Origin: a virus
Lineage: Duplodnaviria; Caudoviricetes
DNA length: 45,088 bases
IMG/VR virus record: IMGVR_UViG_3300016484_000479
Span: 1 to 45,088 of that record
Strand: one strand, 5' to 3'
Shown: positions 25,778 to 35,011 of the stretch, in pieces
How the letters are laid out: the number at the start of each line of letters is the position of its first letter
Position numbering within the stretch: the first letter of the stretch is position 1
Program-made: the position numbers and the translations under genes
The notes under the pieces: generated by a model
What the model was told of the DNA's origin: nothing
The model's input: the letters and a program-made list of their open reading frames with translations, nothing else
Database searches by the model: none

Positions 25778-26280
25778 TAGTTCCTCCAGGGATAATTACG
25801 CTTACGGGCCTTAGGCTTTATACCGTCAGTCACTATCGACCCCGCCTGAAACACCGAGCCGATCATCGAAGAGATGCCCTGCGCTTTGGCCGAACTGGCC
25901 TCACCAAGGAAGTTATCGGCCTGGCTGTTAAACCCGCGCACCTCGATCTCGCCTTGGCGCCGGATGTCCAGCGCGGCTTCCCGTTGGTTCCGCCTGACAT
26001 GGTTTTCCACCGCAACCCGGCTGGCCCCAAGTGCCCCGCTGGCCCCGGCCATCGCTTCGAGCGACCCAACCTGCGCGGCGTATTCGCGGTCCGAGCGGAG
26101 TTGATCGCGCTGCGCCTGGTTAGCCGCAAGCCGCGCATTGTTCGCCGCGATCTCAGCATTGTTCTTCGCTACCGCGGCCTGGTAGTTACCCTGCTGCAGC
26201 GCAGTATAGCCGGAGAGCAGTGTAGCCCCAGCGCTAAGAACAGTGCTGATCGTGCCTAGTGCTGGCGCGATGAAAGCCAT
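25777..26280 (-). CDS. Small internal virion (ejection) protein, T7 gp14-like position
   Basis: Ala/Gly/Gln-rich, hydrophobic ends, synteny. Confidence 0.75.
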   Translation of the reverse strand: MAFIAPALGTISTVLSAGATLLSGYTALQQGNYQAAVAKNNAEIAANNARLAANQAQRDQLRSDREYAAQVGSLEAMAGASGALGASRVAVENHVRRNQREAALDIRRQGEIEVRGFNSQADNFLGEASSAKAQGISSMIGSVFQAGSIVTDGIKPKARKRNYPWRN

Positions 26281-26651
26281 TAAACCCTCCTGAACAACTT
26301 GAGCCGAACACCGTCTATGACGACTTCAGCCCCAACTTCCTCGAACCCGTAAAGCCGGGCGAACCGCAGGCCTTCCGTAAACCCAACCTCAACCGCGGTC
26401 TGCGCCCCGACAGGAATCAGCTCAGCCAGCCGCCTGAAGTCAAGCAAGTCGCGTAGCGTGGCCCCCTCTGCCAGCGCGAACCAGAACCAGGGCGGGTTGC
26501 TAAGCGTCTCTTGGATCAGTCCGCAGATCGCAACGTCACCGACAGCGAACGCTACGCTAGACCGCTCAAGCACACCCGGCCCACCCAGCTGGATTTCCCG
26601 CTTGGCCTGCTCCGACCACGCCCAGTCTGGCACCCGATCAATCGGTCTCAT
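26280..26651 (-). CDS. GNAT-like tail assembly protein (T7 gp13-like position)
   Basis: GLRFARLYGFEEVG C-terminal motif; lies between nozzle and ejection genes. Confidence 0.6.
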   Translation of the reverse strand: MRPIDRVPDWAWSEQAKREIQLGGPGVLERSSVAFAVGDVAICGLIQETLSNPPWFWFALAEGATLRDLLDFRRLAELIPVGAQTAVEVGFTEGLRFARLYGFEEVGAEVVIDGVRLKLFRRV

Positions 26652-29460
26652 CCCCAACCTCAGCGTCGGAGACAAGGCTGAGTAGTGTGACAGGTAGCGG
26701 GTCATCGAGGCGGAAGTATGTTTGCCCATTTTCATCCCACGTTGTCCCCAGTGACTGATACCGAATACCTTCTTGCAGCGCCGTCGGCTGCCCCCATTGT
26801 TCCGAGGTGCGCTCCTTGACGGCGTAGGTTCGGTCGTAAGAACTGCCGTATTTCAGCCCGCGCGATTTCGTCAACCGCACAGCGAGGCCGACTATTCGCT
26901 TACGCTTGGCCTCGATGTCCGCCCCTGCTACGATGAGGGGCAGGGTCTTGGCGCGGGCCTGATAGGGCAAGCCCACGATACAGCGGCTAACGGCAGCCGG
27001 CAGGGTGATCGAACCGTTGGCCACTACCTGCTGCGGGAAAACGTTGCCGTCCCCGAGGATCGCGACGGTCTCGCCCTCAAGATGCCACAGGCCGCTGATC
27101 TCGCTAACCTTTGTGTCGAGGGTCCAAGTTCCAGCAACCACTGGGAAGGTAAAGGTGCGGTCGGTCTCGGGCACCCAGTTAGTCGGTTCGATATACTTCG
27201 TGAGCTCAGCCCGAAGGTCAGAAGTGACCGTGGCGACCTCAAACACTCCATTACCGGCCCGCAAGATTTGCCCTTGAGTTCCAATGAAAGTGGCCGTGCT
27301 GGCAATCGCCCAATACTCATCATCCTCGTTGCGATAGATGGTAAGGTCAGCCGCCGGGCTAGTCCCGCCAAGCGACAGGCCACAGTCCACACACCAGGCG
27401 TCTTCTACATTGATGAACGTGCGGAGGTCCATGCGCTCAATGAACTTCGTCCAGCGGGCGTTAACGAACCGCTCGGTAACAACGTAGACTCGATCGTAAT
27501 TGATCTCACGAGCGACGGTCAGATCAGTGAACTTCCCGCGTGTCCCGCAGGGGGTCCAAGCGGCAACCTCCTCCTCCTTCACGATCGTGAAAGCCAGCAG
27601 CGCCCCGTCTTCCCGCACCGACCACACAGTCTTGAACGGGCTTTCCTGATACCCCCAGGCCGTCAGTTCCTTATCCGGCCCGAACAGGTGGCTTGACAGA
27701 ATGCTCTTGTCCTCACCGCCATAGACGCGGGAAAGCTCGTTGTAGGTAAGGAGCCGCACAGAGTAGCCCTTGCCTTCAACGTAAAGCAGGTCCGATCCGA
27801 CGTTGATCGGCCGGAGCAAGCTCACCCCGGTATAGGTATGCGGGTCGGCCAGCGCGTTCGACGGAGTGATCGGCTCGTTCGTTCCGCCCCCGTTAACCAG
27901 CCACACATTGTCCTGCGTCATCGCCAGTAAGCCGCCCCTCGTCGTGACAAGGTGGCGGATCGGGGAGATGGCTGAGGCGTCGAGGTCGAACTCGAACGAG
28001 TCACTGTCGACTACAAAGTCGGACGAGGAGAACACGTTGAACCGCTTAGTCTGGCTGCCCCAGAGTGTAATCGGCTGGGCCTGACTTGCCGCGTAAATCT
28101 GCCGGTTCTGATAGATGTCGCTGAGCGCCGGATAGGTTCCGGTGGACGGCGCGGCGGTCACAGTTGCGGTCGCCCCCGTCCCAGTGCCAAACGTCACGGT
28201 CGGGTTAACGTAGCCCTCACCCGCGCACTTAATAACGATATTGACGATGGCGCCAGCAGAGTCGGTGACACAGTAACCCTCAAACCCACTGCCACCGCCG
28301 GTCAGGTTGATCGCGCTGGTTTCGCTATACCCAGTCCCGCCAGCGGTAATGGAGAAAGAAAGGATAGCACCAGGCGCGAACGGGTTACGGTTGTTCTGCG
28401 GGGTCTTGGCGAAGTCAGCCATGATGTTCGGGTCGGTGAACGTGGTGCCATAGGTGCGGCCCACATAACCCAACTCCGAACCCAGCGACAGGTCTTCCTG
28501 CGAGCTAACGATCGAGCGGTAAACCTTGTAGTAAACTGCATCGGGATCGGCCGGCCAGGTAACCGTAACCGCACCTTCAGTCAGGGTGTAGTTCACGACA
28601 TTAGTGATCTTGTAGGGCAGGCCGATGCTGCTCTCGGTCCCATCCTGAAGGATCGAGGCCACCGCGAAGATAACCGTAGCGTCAGCCGTAGCAGTGCCGG
28701 TCGGTGTGCTGGCGGTATAGCTGGTCGGCGTAGGTCCCTCGAAGTATTCCCCGATGACCGTTGCGCTAATGGCCCAGTCAGTGTGGTCAGTTCGCACGAG
28801 GTCATAGACCGGGAAGGCGGACTCCCGATGGGTGATGCGGAGGTAATCCCGGTGCTGCTTGAACACCAGGTTAGTCAAGTCGCTTGCGGCATAAGGACTG
28901 ACGATTTCGTAAACCGCCGATGCTGTGCCCCCGCTGGTGTAAGCTGTGTAGCCCGTTGCGTCGATAGCTGTGTCGGTCAGCGGATCAACCAGCGCGAACG
29001 TATTCGCAGCCGCGCTGGCGACCTTGAGCATCCGACCGTTGAGTTCGGTCATCCCGGCAATGCCGCTGAGCTGCACCCACTGCCCGTCCGTCAGGCCATG
29101 GGCGGCCGAGGTCACGACCGGTGGAGCGGCGGCGGTTATGCCTGTGATCGTCACCGGGTCTTCCAGAACGTAGGCCCCGTCCTGCATGAACCGGATATAA
29201 GACTCACCGAAGACAAGGACGTAGGTGTTCTCGATGGTCGGGGAGAAGGCGAAGGGGACAAGCCGCACCGCGCTGGCGTCTTCCTTCACCAGCCCGCAGA
29301 ACTGGAAGCCCGGTCGACTGCTCAGCCCGCCCCGGTAGTCCACGAAGAAGTTGTAAGCCTCAGCCATGCCAAGGTCATACTTGGTAAGGTCGCCCCGGCC
29401 GAACAGCGTAGGCGACAGCTCACCGGCGATGAAGGCATACTTGACGACTTCAGTTGACAT
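26638..29460 (-). CDS. Tail tubular protein B (nozzle)
   Basis: AFIAGELSPTLFGRGDL...GGLSSRPG N-terminus, beta-rich 940 aa, synteny. Confidence 0.88.
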   Translation of the reverse strand: MSTEVVKYAFIAGELSPTLFGRGDLTKYDLGMAEAYNFFVDYRGGLSSRPGFQFCGLVKEDASAVRLVPFAFSPTIENTYVLVFGESYIRFMQDGAYVLEDPVTITGITAAAPPVVTSAAHGLTDGQWVQLSGIAGMTELNGRMLKVASAAANTFALVDPLTDTAIDATGYTAYTSGGTASAVYEIVSPYAASDLTNLVFKQHRDYLRITHRESAFPVYDLVRTDHTDWAISATVIGEYFEGPTPTSYTASTPTGTATADATVIFAVASILQDGTESSIGLPYKITNVVNYTLTEGAVTVTWPADPDAVYYKVYRSIVSSQEDLSLGSELGYVGRTYGTTFTDPNIMADFAKTPQNNRNPFAPGAILSFSITAGGTGYSETSAINLTGGGSGFEGYCVTDSAGAIVNIVIKCAGEGYVNPTVTFGTGTGATATVTAAPSTGTYPALSDIYQNRQIYAASQAQPITLWGSQTKRFNVFSSSDFVVDSDSFEFDLDASAISPIRHLVTTRGGLLAMTQDNVWLVNGGGTNEPITPSNALADPHTYTGVSLLRPINVGSDLLYVEGKGYSVRLLTYNELSRVYGGEDKSILSSHLFGPDKELTAWGYQESPFKTVWSVREDGALLAFTIVKEEEVAAWTPCGTRGKFTDLTVAREINYDRVYVVTERFVNARWTKFIERMDLRTFINVEDAWCVDCGLSLGGTSPAADLTIYRNEDDEYWAIASTATFIGTQGQILRAGNGVFEVATVTSDLRAELTKYIEPTNWVPETDRTFTFPVVAGTWTLDTKVSEISGLWHLEGETVAILGDGNVFPQQVVANGSITLPAAVSRCIVGLPYQARAKTLPLIVAGADIEAKRKRIVGLAVRLTKSRGLKYGSSYDRTYAVKERTSEQWGQPTALQEGIRYQSLGTTWDENGQTYFRLDDPLPVTLLSLVSDAEVGDETD

Positions 29461-30124
29461 CGGGAAGGCTCAGCGTGTTGGTGAAGGGATAAACGTAGCG
29501 AGACTGAACGGCGTCGGAATACCCGCGAGCACTAAGCCAGTCGGGGATCGAGTCGTAGCGCTCGTCCGAGGTGTTGGCCGCACTTTCACGCGCAGCCCAA
29601 ATTCGGTTATTCGCCTCCTGCGCCAGCACCCGGCCGCGGCTCGGCTTACCAGTAAGGGGCATACAGATATGTGCGGCCAGCCCGTAGACTACCGCCATCT
29701 GCAACTCCGCGCTCCACAGCGACATGTTCTCAAGCCTGAAGGTATAGGCGAGGATCGCCGGGTCTGCGTTCGTATGGATCGCCCGCTGGTTGTCGCCGTA
29801 GTTCGTCAGGTTAAACCGGCTAAAGTCGGTGAGATACTGCGGGCGCAGCATATCACTCGGAACTGCGTAGGCGTAACTGTAGCCCGGCTTGGGATCGCTA
29901 CTGGCCCACTCTTCCCCCGTTGCTTCAGCAAGCAGCGAAAGCGCCCTGACCTTTGTGGCCTCGGGCCAGGGCGCCGCCGCGAGTATTTGGTCACGGACAG
30001 GGGAATACCACAACCGACATACTTCGGCCTCTCGGGAGTTTTCGGTCGGCGACGAGATGTTGTCGCGGGAACCGACAGCATTAAGCGCCAGGTTGTAAAG
30101 ACCTACTTCGCTTGAGATCGCCAC
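29450..30124 (-). CDS. Tail tubular protein A (adaptor)
   Basis: LYNLALNAVG...WPEATK...YAYAVPSDMLR. Confidence 0.85.
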   Translation of the reverse strand: MAISSEVGLYNLALNAVGSRDNISSPTENSREAEVCRLWYSPVRDQILAAAPWPEATKVRALSLLAEATGEEWASSDPKPGYSYAYAVPSDMLRPQYLTDFSRFNLTNYGDNQRAIHTNADPAILAYTFRLENMSLWSAELQMAVVYGLAAHICMPLTGKPSRGRVLAQEANNRIWAARESAANTSDERYDSIPDWLSARGYSDAVQSRYVYPFTNTLSLPDVN

Positions 30125-30136
30125 CGACCGAACTCC

Positions 30137-30319
30137 TTACTTACGCACCGGGGTCTTGACGGCCGGCGCATCCTCATCCTCGACGGCCGGAGCCACCTCA
30201 ACCTTGACGGCCGAGCTGGGTAGCTTGTCGAGCAACGCATTCGGGACCTCCTGGAGGCCCTTACGGTAACGAGCACCGTCAGGACCGAACCAGGCCTTGC
30301 GGAAGTTAACCTGGGCCAT
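30137..30319 (-). CDS. Small hypothetical virion-associated protein
   Basis: TGATG overlap with cement gene. Confidence 0.7.
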   Translation of the reverse strand: MAQVNFRKAWFGPDGARYRKGLQEVPNALLDKLPSSAVKVEVAPAVEDEDAPAVKTPVRK

Positions 30320-30792
30320 CAGTTAGCCCCTTCCGCATAAGCCTTCCACTTCGCAACATCGTGCGTCAGGAAAGCGTTGATGGCCCCGGCGGTCACAGTC
30401 GTAGTGCCGATGGTGCACAGCACGCCGAGGTAGCGTTCGTAGACACGGCCCTCGTTCGGGATAGCCACCGCACAGATCACGCCACCGGCGTTCAGCTGCG
30501 AGTCGTTGGCCGCCGAGTCGTCGGTCACGAAGGTTCCAGTGTCGAAGTGAACCGAGGCCGTGCCGTCAGTGGCAATAGCCGCAGCCGCATCCGATGCAAG
30601 CTGGAACTTGATCGTGCCCGCCGCGCCGGCAGTGATGATCTCAGTCGCCGCCGTGATGACGAAATAGAGAGGCTCACCATTGCCGATGTTTCGGGCCACA
30701 CTCAGGTCGATGACATCGCCGATCAGGGCGGTGCCGGCACCCGCTGCCACCGAAACGGCGTCAGCGAACTCATTGCGTTCATCAAGAATCAT
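30319..30792 (-). CDS. Capsid cement/decoration protein (BPP-1 Bbp16-like)
   Basis: MILD...DVIDL...IGNGEPLY...RYLGV...TAGAINAFL, directly after MCP. Confidence 0.8.
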   Translation of the reverse strand: MILDERNEFADAVSVAAGAGTALIGDVIDLSVARNIGNGEPLYFVITAATEIITAGAAGTIKFQLASDAAAAIATDGTASVHFDTGTFVTDDSAANDSQLNAGGVICAVAIPNEGRVYERYLGVLCTIGTTTVTAGAINAFLTHDVAKWKAYAEGAN

Positions 30793-30809
30793 GGTCGTTC
30801 TCCAGTTTG

Positions 30810-30843
30810 GATATGCCTTTACCCATTAAGGGTCGGGGCATAC
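30810..30843. promoter_or_regulatory. Dispersed ACCC-N5-GGGT element, copy 4, just after the MCP stop
   Basis: GATATGCC-TTT-ACCC-ATTAA-GGGT-CGG-GGCATAC. Confidence 0.75.
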
Positions 30844-31842
30844 TTAGCTCACAAGGGCTTCATCGCTCGCCAGGCGATCGACGCGACGGATCGGCACACC
30901 GTTGAACGAGGTGACCATCACCCCACCCACCTGATCGACCGTCAGCGTGCTGTTCTTCACAGCGGCTGCCGACTGCTGGCGCAGCTTCGTCACCAACCCG
31001 CGATCCATATACCAAGCCGCCCGCCCGCTCGTGACGTTCGGCAGCCGTTCGTAGGCCTGGAACATCAGGTTCGGGAGGTTCGACCCGGTAGCAGCATCGG
31101 CGGTCAGCGCCGAACGGTCGATGTTGCAGATGCGGACGAAGTAGCGCCAGTCGCGGATGGTGAGACCCGCATCCCAGCGATAGTGCGAACGATACGCCTC
31201 CATGCGGCCACCGGCCCCATCGACGTTCTCGATCGTCACCTGGCCCTTGTCCTCCATCTGGAGACCGGCCTTCGAGCCCTTCGGCACGATACCGTGACCA
31301 GTGTTCGGACCCCACACGCAGAGCCAGATCGAGGCGTTATCCGAACCAGCGCCATCTGCCTTGATGACGTTATCGCCATTGGCAGCCGTCGAGTCGTTGA
31401 ACCGCGGCGACAGGCCGGTAAAGGCCTCGGGCTCGGTGCCCTCGTTACCGTAGAACAACGTATCGGCGACTTCCTCGCTCATCCCCTCGATGTGAGGACG
31501 ATCTTCGGACAGGCGGAACTCAGCGGTGTTGCCGTTGAGATCGGCAAGCGCCTTGTCCACTTCGGCGTAGGCCTCGAGCATACCGCACGAGTCGGTGACC
31601 TGCACGGTGCGCGACTTGGTCGGCTGGACGCCGCCGTAGAGCTTGCGCCAGGTCGGGGTGGGCAGACCGACGCGGATCGTGGTCCGATGGCCGGTGACGA
31701 GGTTGCCCTCGACCCAAACCATGTCGGTCAGGATTTCGTTGGTCTGGTTCAGGATTTCCACAATGTCAGCGATGCTGCCATCAGGGTCGGTTCGACGTGC
31801 CAGATCGAGCAGCGTCGGGTGGGTATCAGCGAGAGTAGCCAT
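30844..31842 (-). CDS. Major capsid protein (BPP-1/epsilon15 type)
   Basis: PTLLDLARR...IVEILNQTNEIL...HRTTIRVGLPTPTWRKLYGGVQPTKS, FNGVPIRRVD. Confidence 0.93.
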   Translation of the reverse strand: MATLADTHPTLLDLARRTDPDGSIADIVEILNQTNEILTDMVWVEGNLVTGHRTTIRVGLPTPTWRKLYGGVQPTKSRTVQVTDSCGMLEAYAEVDKALADLNGNTAEFRLSEDRPHIEGMSEEVADTLFYGNEGTEPEAFTGLSPRFNDSTAANGDNVIKADGAGSDNASIWLCVWGPNTGHGIVPKGSKAGLQMEDKGQVTIENVDGAGGRMEAYRSHYRWDAGLTIRDWRYFVRICNIDRSALTADAATGSNLPNLMFQAYERLPNVTSGRAAWYMDRGLVTKLRQQSAAAVKNSTLTVDQVGGVMVTSFNGVPIRRVDRLASDEALVS

Positions 31843-31846
31843 CTAC

Positions 31847-32434
31847 TTAACCTTTCATTGAGGGGAACATGCGTTGCGCAGCACTGGTGGCCTGCCCGGT
31901 CGGAGCGCCACTGGCGAAGGTCCCCTCCGTCAGCTTTTCCGCGACAGCGCCAAGGAACTTGATAACATGGACGTTGTTGCCAGCGCCTGTGAGACCAAGC
32001 ACGTCGAGCAACTCAGGCGAGCCGTATTCAGTGACCAGCCGGTTGACCGAGTCAATGGTCGGTTGGAACTTGTCACCCAGCTGGGTGTGCACTTCCGCCC
32101 GCCACTGATCCTGCATCGTATTCCACGCTGCGCTACTCGCCTCCGAGGCGGCAGTTATGGCTTCAGCCTGCAAGTTGATGAGGGCTGCCGCACGGTCCTT
32201 CGGCGACAGCTCCGAATTGTTCATAGCCTCGAGGAACTTGTCCCGCAGGGCCTCAACGATCTCGACACCCTCAGGGAAAACGAGGTCCTCAGCCGTAAGG
32301 GGGGCCGGGGCTTCAACTTCGGCTTCAGTCTCCGTCGTTTCCGTCTCCGTCGTCCCCTCGATCAGCGAGGTCGGAGCCCCTTCTGTCTCGGTCGATTGCG
32401 GCGTCAAGTTCTCTGTCTCGGTCGTTTTGCTCAT
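31847..32434 (-). CDS. Capsid scaffolding protein
   Basis: Acidic Thr/Glu N-terminus, GAGNNVHVIKFL, AQRMFPSM C-terminus, upstream of MCP. Confidence 0.78.
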   Translation of the reverse strand: MSKTTETENLTPQSTETEGAPTSLIEGTTETETTETEAEVEAPAPLTAEDLVFPEGVEIVEALRDKFLEAMNNSELSPKDRAAALINLQAEAITAASEASSAAWNTMQDQWRAEVHTQLGDKFQPTIDSVNRLVTEYGSPELLDVLGLTGAGNNVHVIKFLGAVAEKLTEGTFASGAPTGQATSAAQRMFPSMKG

Positions 32435-32705
32435 TGAGCATCTCCTTCTGCATTGCGGTGAACAGGTCGGGCGAAACTTCCGTCATCCTCGCCATGATCT
32501 GATTACCGACGTTGAGTTCTCCGCATGTAAAGGCCGTTACGGCTGGGTCGGGGGAGAACGGCTGGTTTCCGACTTTTCCTATCGCCATCAGCCACCACAG
32601 AAATCGCCGGCCGTTGGGGGCCTGGAGCAACGCTGCAATGGCTGAGTCAATATCTTCAGCGTCCTTCCGTTCCCACCGGCGTTTGATCGTTTCCACTTCG
32701 GCCAT
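32325..32705 (-). CDS. Bbp19-like head protein
   Basis: PNGRRFLWWL...TAFTCGELNVG; synteny between portal and scaffold. Confidence 0.75.
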   Translation of the reverse strand: MAEVETIKRRWERKDAEDIDSAIAALLQAPNGRRFLWWLMAIGKVGNQPFSPDPAVTAFTCGELNVGNQIMARMTEVSPDLFTAMQKEMLNEQNDRDRELDAAIDRDRRGSDLADRGDDGDGNDGD

Positions 32706-32760
32706 GGTAGCACCTTACTTGTTTCTCGTCAAGGGGACTGAGCGGCGCCCCTTAACCGAG

Positions 32761-33153
32761 TTATTTGTTCTGCCCACGTTTGTAGAGGCGGCGGGCGATC
32801 TCGGCTTGGGAGCGTCTGGTCATCTCATCATGGCCCTCAATGCTACGAATGTGCATCCGGCTTGTGCCCTCGTAGTTTTTATCGAGAACTCCGCGAATAA
32901 CCGGGTCTTTAAGCCCCCTGATAAAAGACCTGGCACTTTCTTTTTCCTCGTTAGTATCCCGGTAGACCTGTGGCCTCTCGGTATTAGGAGTTCCGTAGGA
33001 GTCCCGCCGTTCGTGATAAGGAATAGACAGGTCATCTTCACCCCCGCGCCGGTCAGGTTTATACTCCCGCCTCGTCCCTACGTTACGAGCGTTCTCTTGC
33101 CTGACCCGCTCACGAAACTCAGCTTCGGACTCTCCTTTTCTTTTCTTCGGCAT
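32761..33153 (-). CDS. Charged hypothetical protein (lower GC insertion)
   Basis: TAAGGAG RBS; A/T-richer codons than flanks. Confidence 0.65.
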   Translation of the reverse strand: MPKKRKGESEAEFRERVRQENARNVGTRREYKPDRRGGEDDLSIPYHERRDSYGTPNTERPQVYRDTNEEKESARSFIRGLKDPVIRGVLDKNYEGTSRMHIRSIEGHDEMTRRSQAEIARRLYKRGQNK

Positions 33154-33164
33154 TTCTTATCTCC

Positions 33165-34820
33165 TTATCCTTGCGCCAGCAGTTGCTGCAGCGCGTTACT
33201 GCCACCACCAACGTCGGTGTCACTCAGCGTCTTCGCCCCATCCGCAATAGCCGGGGCAACTTCGGCCAGCTGGGCCATCTGTTCCTGCTGTGCCTTGGCC
33301 TGACGCTGCATCGCCACCTGCTCCCGGGTGTTCATGTTGCGGGCCTCGACCCCGATGTCGCTGGCGTAGTTGCGAACCAGCTCGTCGAAGTTCGGCAGGT
33401 CCAGCACGGCCGGATTGACCGCCGCCAAATTACCAACCAGCCCAAGCAGCCGCTCGACCGGGGCCGCAGCCACCGCGCGCTGGGCCGTGCTGAGCACCGA
33501 GACGTATTGGACCTCAACGCCCTGACCCTGGATTTCCATCGGGGCCTCGGGCAGCAACCCGCGCCGTTCCATGATCGAGTAGATGCGGTCGATCGCGGGG
33601 TCCAGCGCCTCGTTCTCGAACCGCTCCAGCACCGAGCCAAGCAGCACCAGCTTCTCCTCCCGGCGAGCGTCGATCTCGGTAGCGCTGCGCACGGTGTCCA
33701 GCTGCGAAATCATGTTGAACAGCTGGTTGAAGAACGTCTCGCGTATCCGCTGCTGGATGTCCCGGATGTCGTTCGTCATATCGTTGATCGGCGCGCTGAT
33801 TTGATACAGCGGCTTAGCCCCGATATTGTTCGCCCCAGCCACATAGGTGATGCCGTTCGGCATTAGGGCGGTTGGCCGGTGCTGAAGCTGGATGTCCGCC
33901 ACGATCGGCGGGTTCACCATCTTGTCCAGCCCCTGTGCCTTCCGCTTCGTCTCCTGCTGAAGTTGGATCACATCCGGCAGCGCGTCCATCGCCGGCGACG
34001 TTCCGTAGCTGTCGTTCGCCGTGCATTCCCAGCGCGGGAACACACCAGGCAGTTCATTGAACCCACGCTGACCAAGCACCTGGCCCTGCGGTGCCCCGGC
34101 TTCCCAGTAAGTTTCCCGGTAGGCAAATTTCTTCGGCACCGAGGACTCGCCCAGGTTCGGCTCGATCAGGTGCACCACATCGAACAGCTGAAGCGCCTCG
34201 GCCCCGCCCCGGCGATAAGCGTTCAGCGCGGTCGTGCTAAGGTTCTCCTCACCGAACCTCGTGCACAGTTGCTTCGCCGTCTGCTGAAACTCACGACCGA
34301 AGGTATCCACCGCCAGCCGGTGGTTCATTCCGAGATAGAACTCACCAAGCGCCGGGTTATAGCAGCGGATGTCGGTGTCGTCGTCCTCGTAGATAAGGCA
34401 AGCGGCCGAGCCGAACACAACGAGGTCGAGATACATCACGGCCATAGCGTTGTAGAAGTTGGACTCAGCCATCACCCACATCATCCGGCGCGAGACTTCA
34501 TCGGCCCACTGTGACACAACGCCACCGTCATCGTCGAAGCCCGGCACCCGCAGCTTGAACCACGGGCGCGACGGCGAGGTAATGCCGTTCATCATCCCAG
34601 CGGCCAACACCCGCGCGGCCGAGGTTCCGGTCGAGTCGAGGATGAACGGGTTCTTGGCTGAGCGAACTCGCTGCTCCTTGCTGCTCTGCAACCACACATA
34701 GCGCTTCGGCAGGAAGTAGTTCGCGAGGTCACGCCACAGCGACCAGAACGGCTGGCGATCGGAACGGAGTTCCGCCAGCACCTGGCACAGCCGCTTGTGC
34801 TCTTCAGTCGGGATACGCAT
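33165..34820 (-). CDS. Portal (head-tail connector)
   Basis: LAAGMMNGITSPSRPWF, YGTSPAMDAL, SATEIDARREEKL. Confidence 0.93.
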   Translation of the reverse strand: MRIPTEEHKRLCQVLAELRSDRQPFWSLWRDLANYFLPKRYVWLQSSKEQRVRSAKNPFILDSTGTSAARVLAAGMMNGITSPSRPWFKLRVPGFDDDGGVVSQWADEVSRRMMWVMAESNFYNAMAVMYLDLVVFGSAACLIYEDDDTDIRCYNPALGEFYLGMNHRLAVDTFGREFQQTAKQLCTRFGEENLSTTALNAYRRGGAEALQLFDVVHLIEPNLGESSVPKKFAYRETYWEAGAPQGQVLGQRGFNELPGVFPRWECTANDSYGTSPAMDALPDVIQLQQETKRKAQGLDKMVNPPIVADIQLQHRPTALMPNGITYVAGANNIGAKPLYQISAPINDMTNDIRDIQQRIRETFFNQLFNMISQLDTVRSATEIDARREEKLVLLGSVLERFENEALDPAIDRIYSIMERRGLLPEAPMEIQGQGVEVQYVSVLSTAQRAVAAAPVERLLGLVGNLAAVNPAVLDLPNFDELVRNYASDIGVEARNMNTREQVAMQRQAKAQQEQMAQLAEVAPAIADGAKTLSDTDVGGGSNALQQLLAQG

Positions 34821-35011
34821 TAGCCACCTCCGATAAGCGAGGCGCGCTGGGTCGAGGCTTTACGCTTCAGTCCTTGCGCCGAGGTTGTGATCAGCGAGGT
34901 TGAGCTCGGCTGGAGAATGTCACTCACCGGCGCGGGCGTCACATCGACAGGTTCGGCTGCTGGTGTCGCGGGCGGAGTCGGCGTGGGCATTTTGGGCTTG
35001 AGAAAGGACAT
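34820..35011 (-). CDS. Small Pro-rich virion protein upstream of portal
   Basis: KPKMPTPTPP, SLITTSAQG...SLIGG; coupled overlaps. Confidence 0.75.
   Translation of the reverse strand: MSFLKPKMPTPTPPATPAAEPVDVTPAPVSDILQPSSTSLITTSAQGLKRKASTQRASLIGGG

Noticed and set aside
30361-31962. 533-aa + strand ORF opposite the capsid genes (also 21717-23012, 5859-6590, 6506-7408 and similar)
   Set aside because: Antisense or off-frame shadows of well-supported genes, expected from GC-rich codon bias; no RBS or motifs
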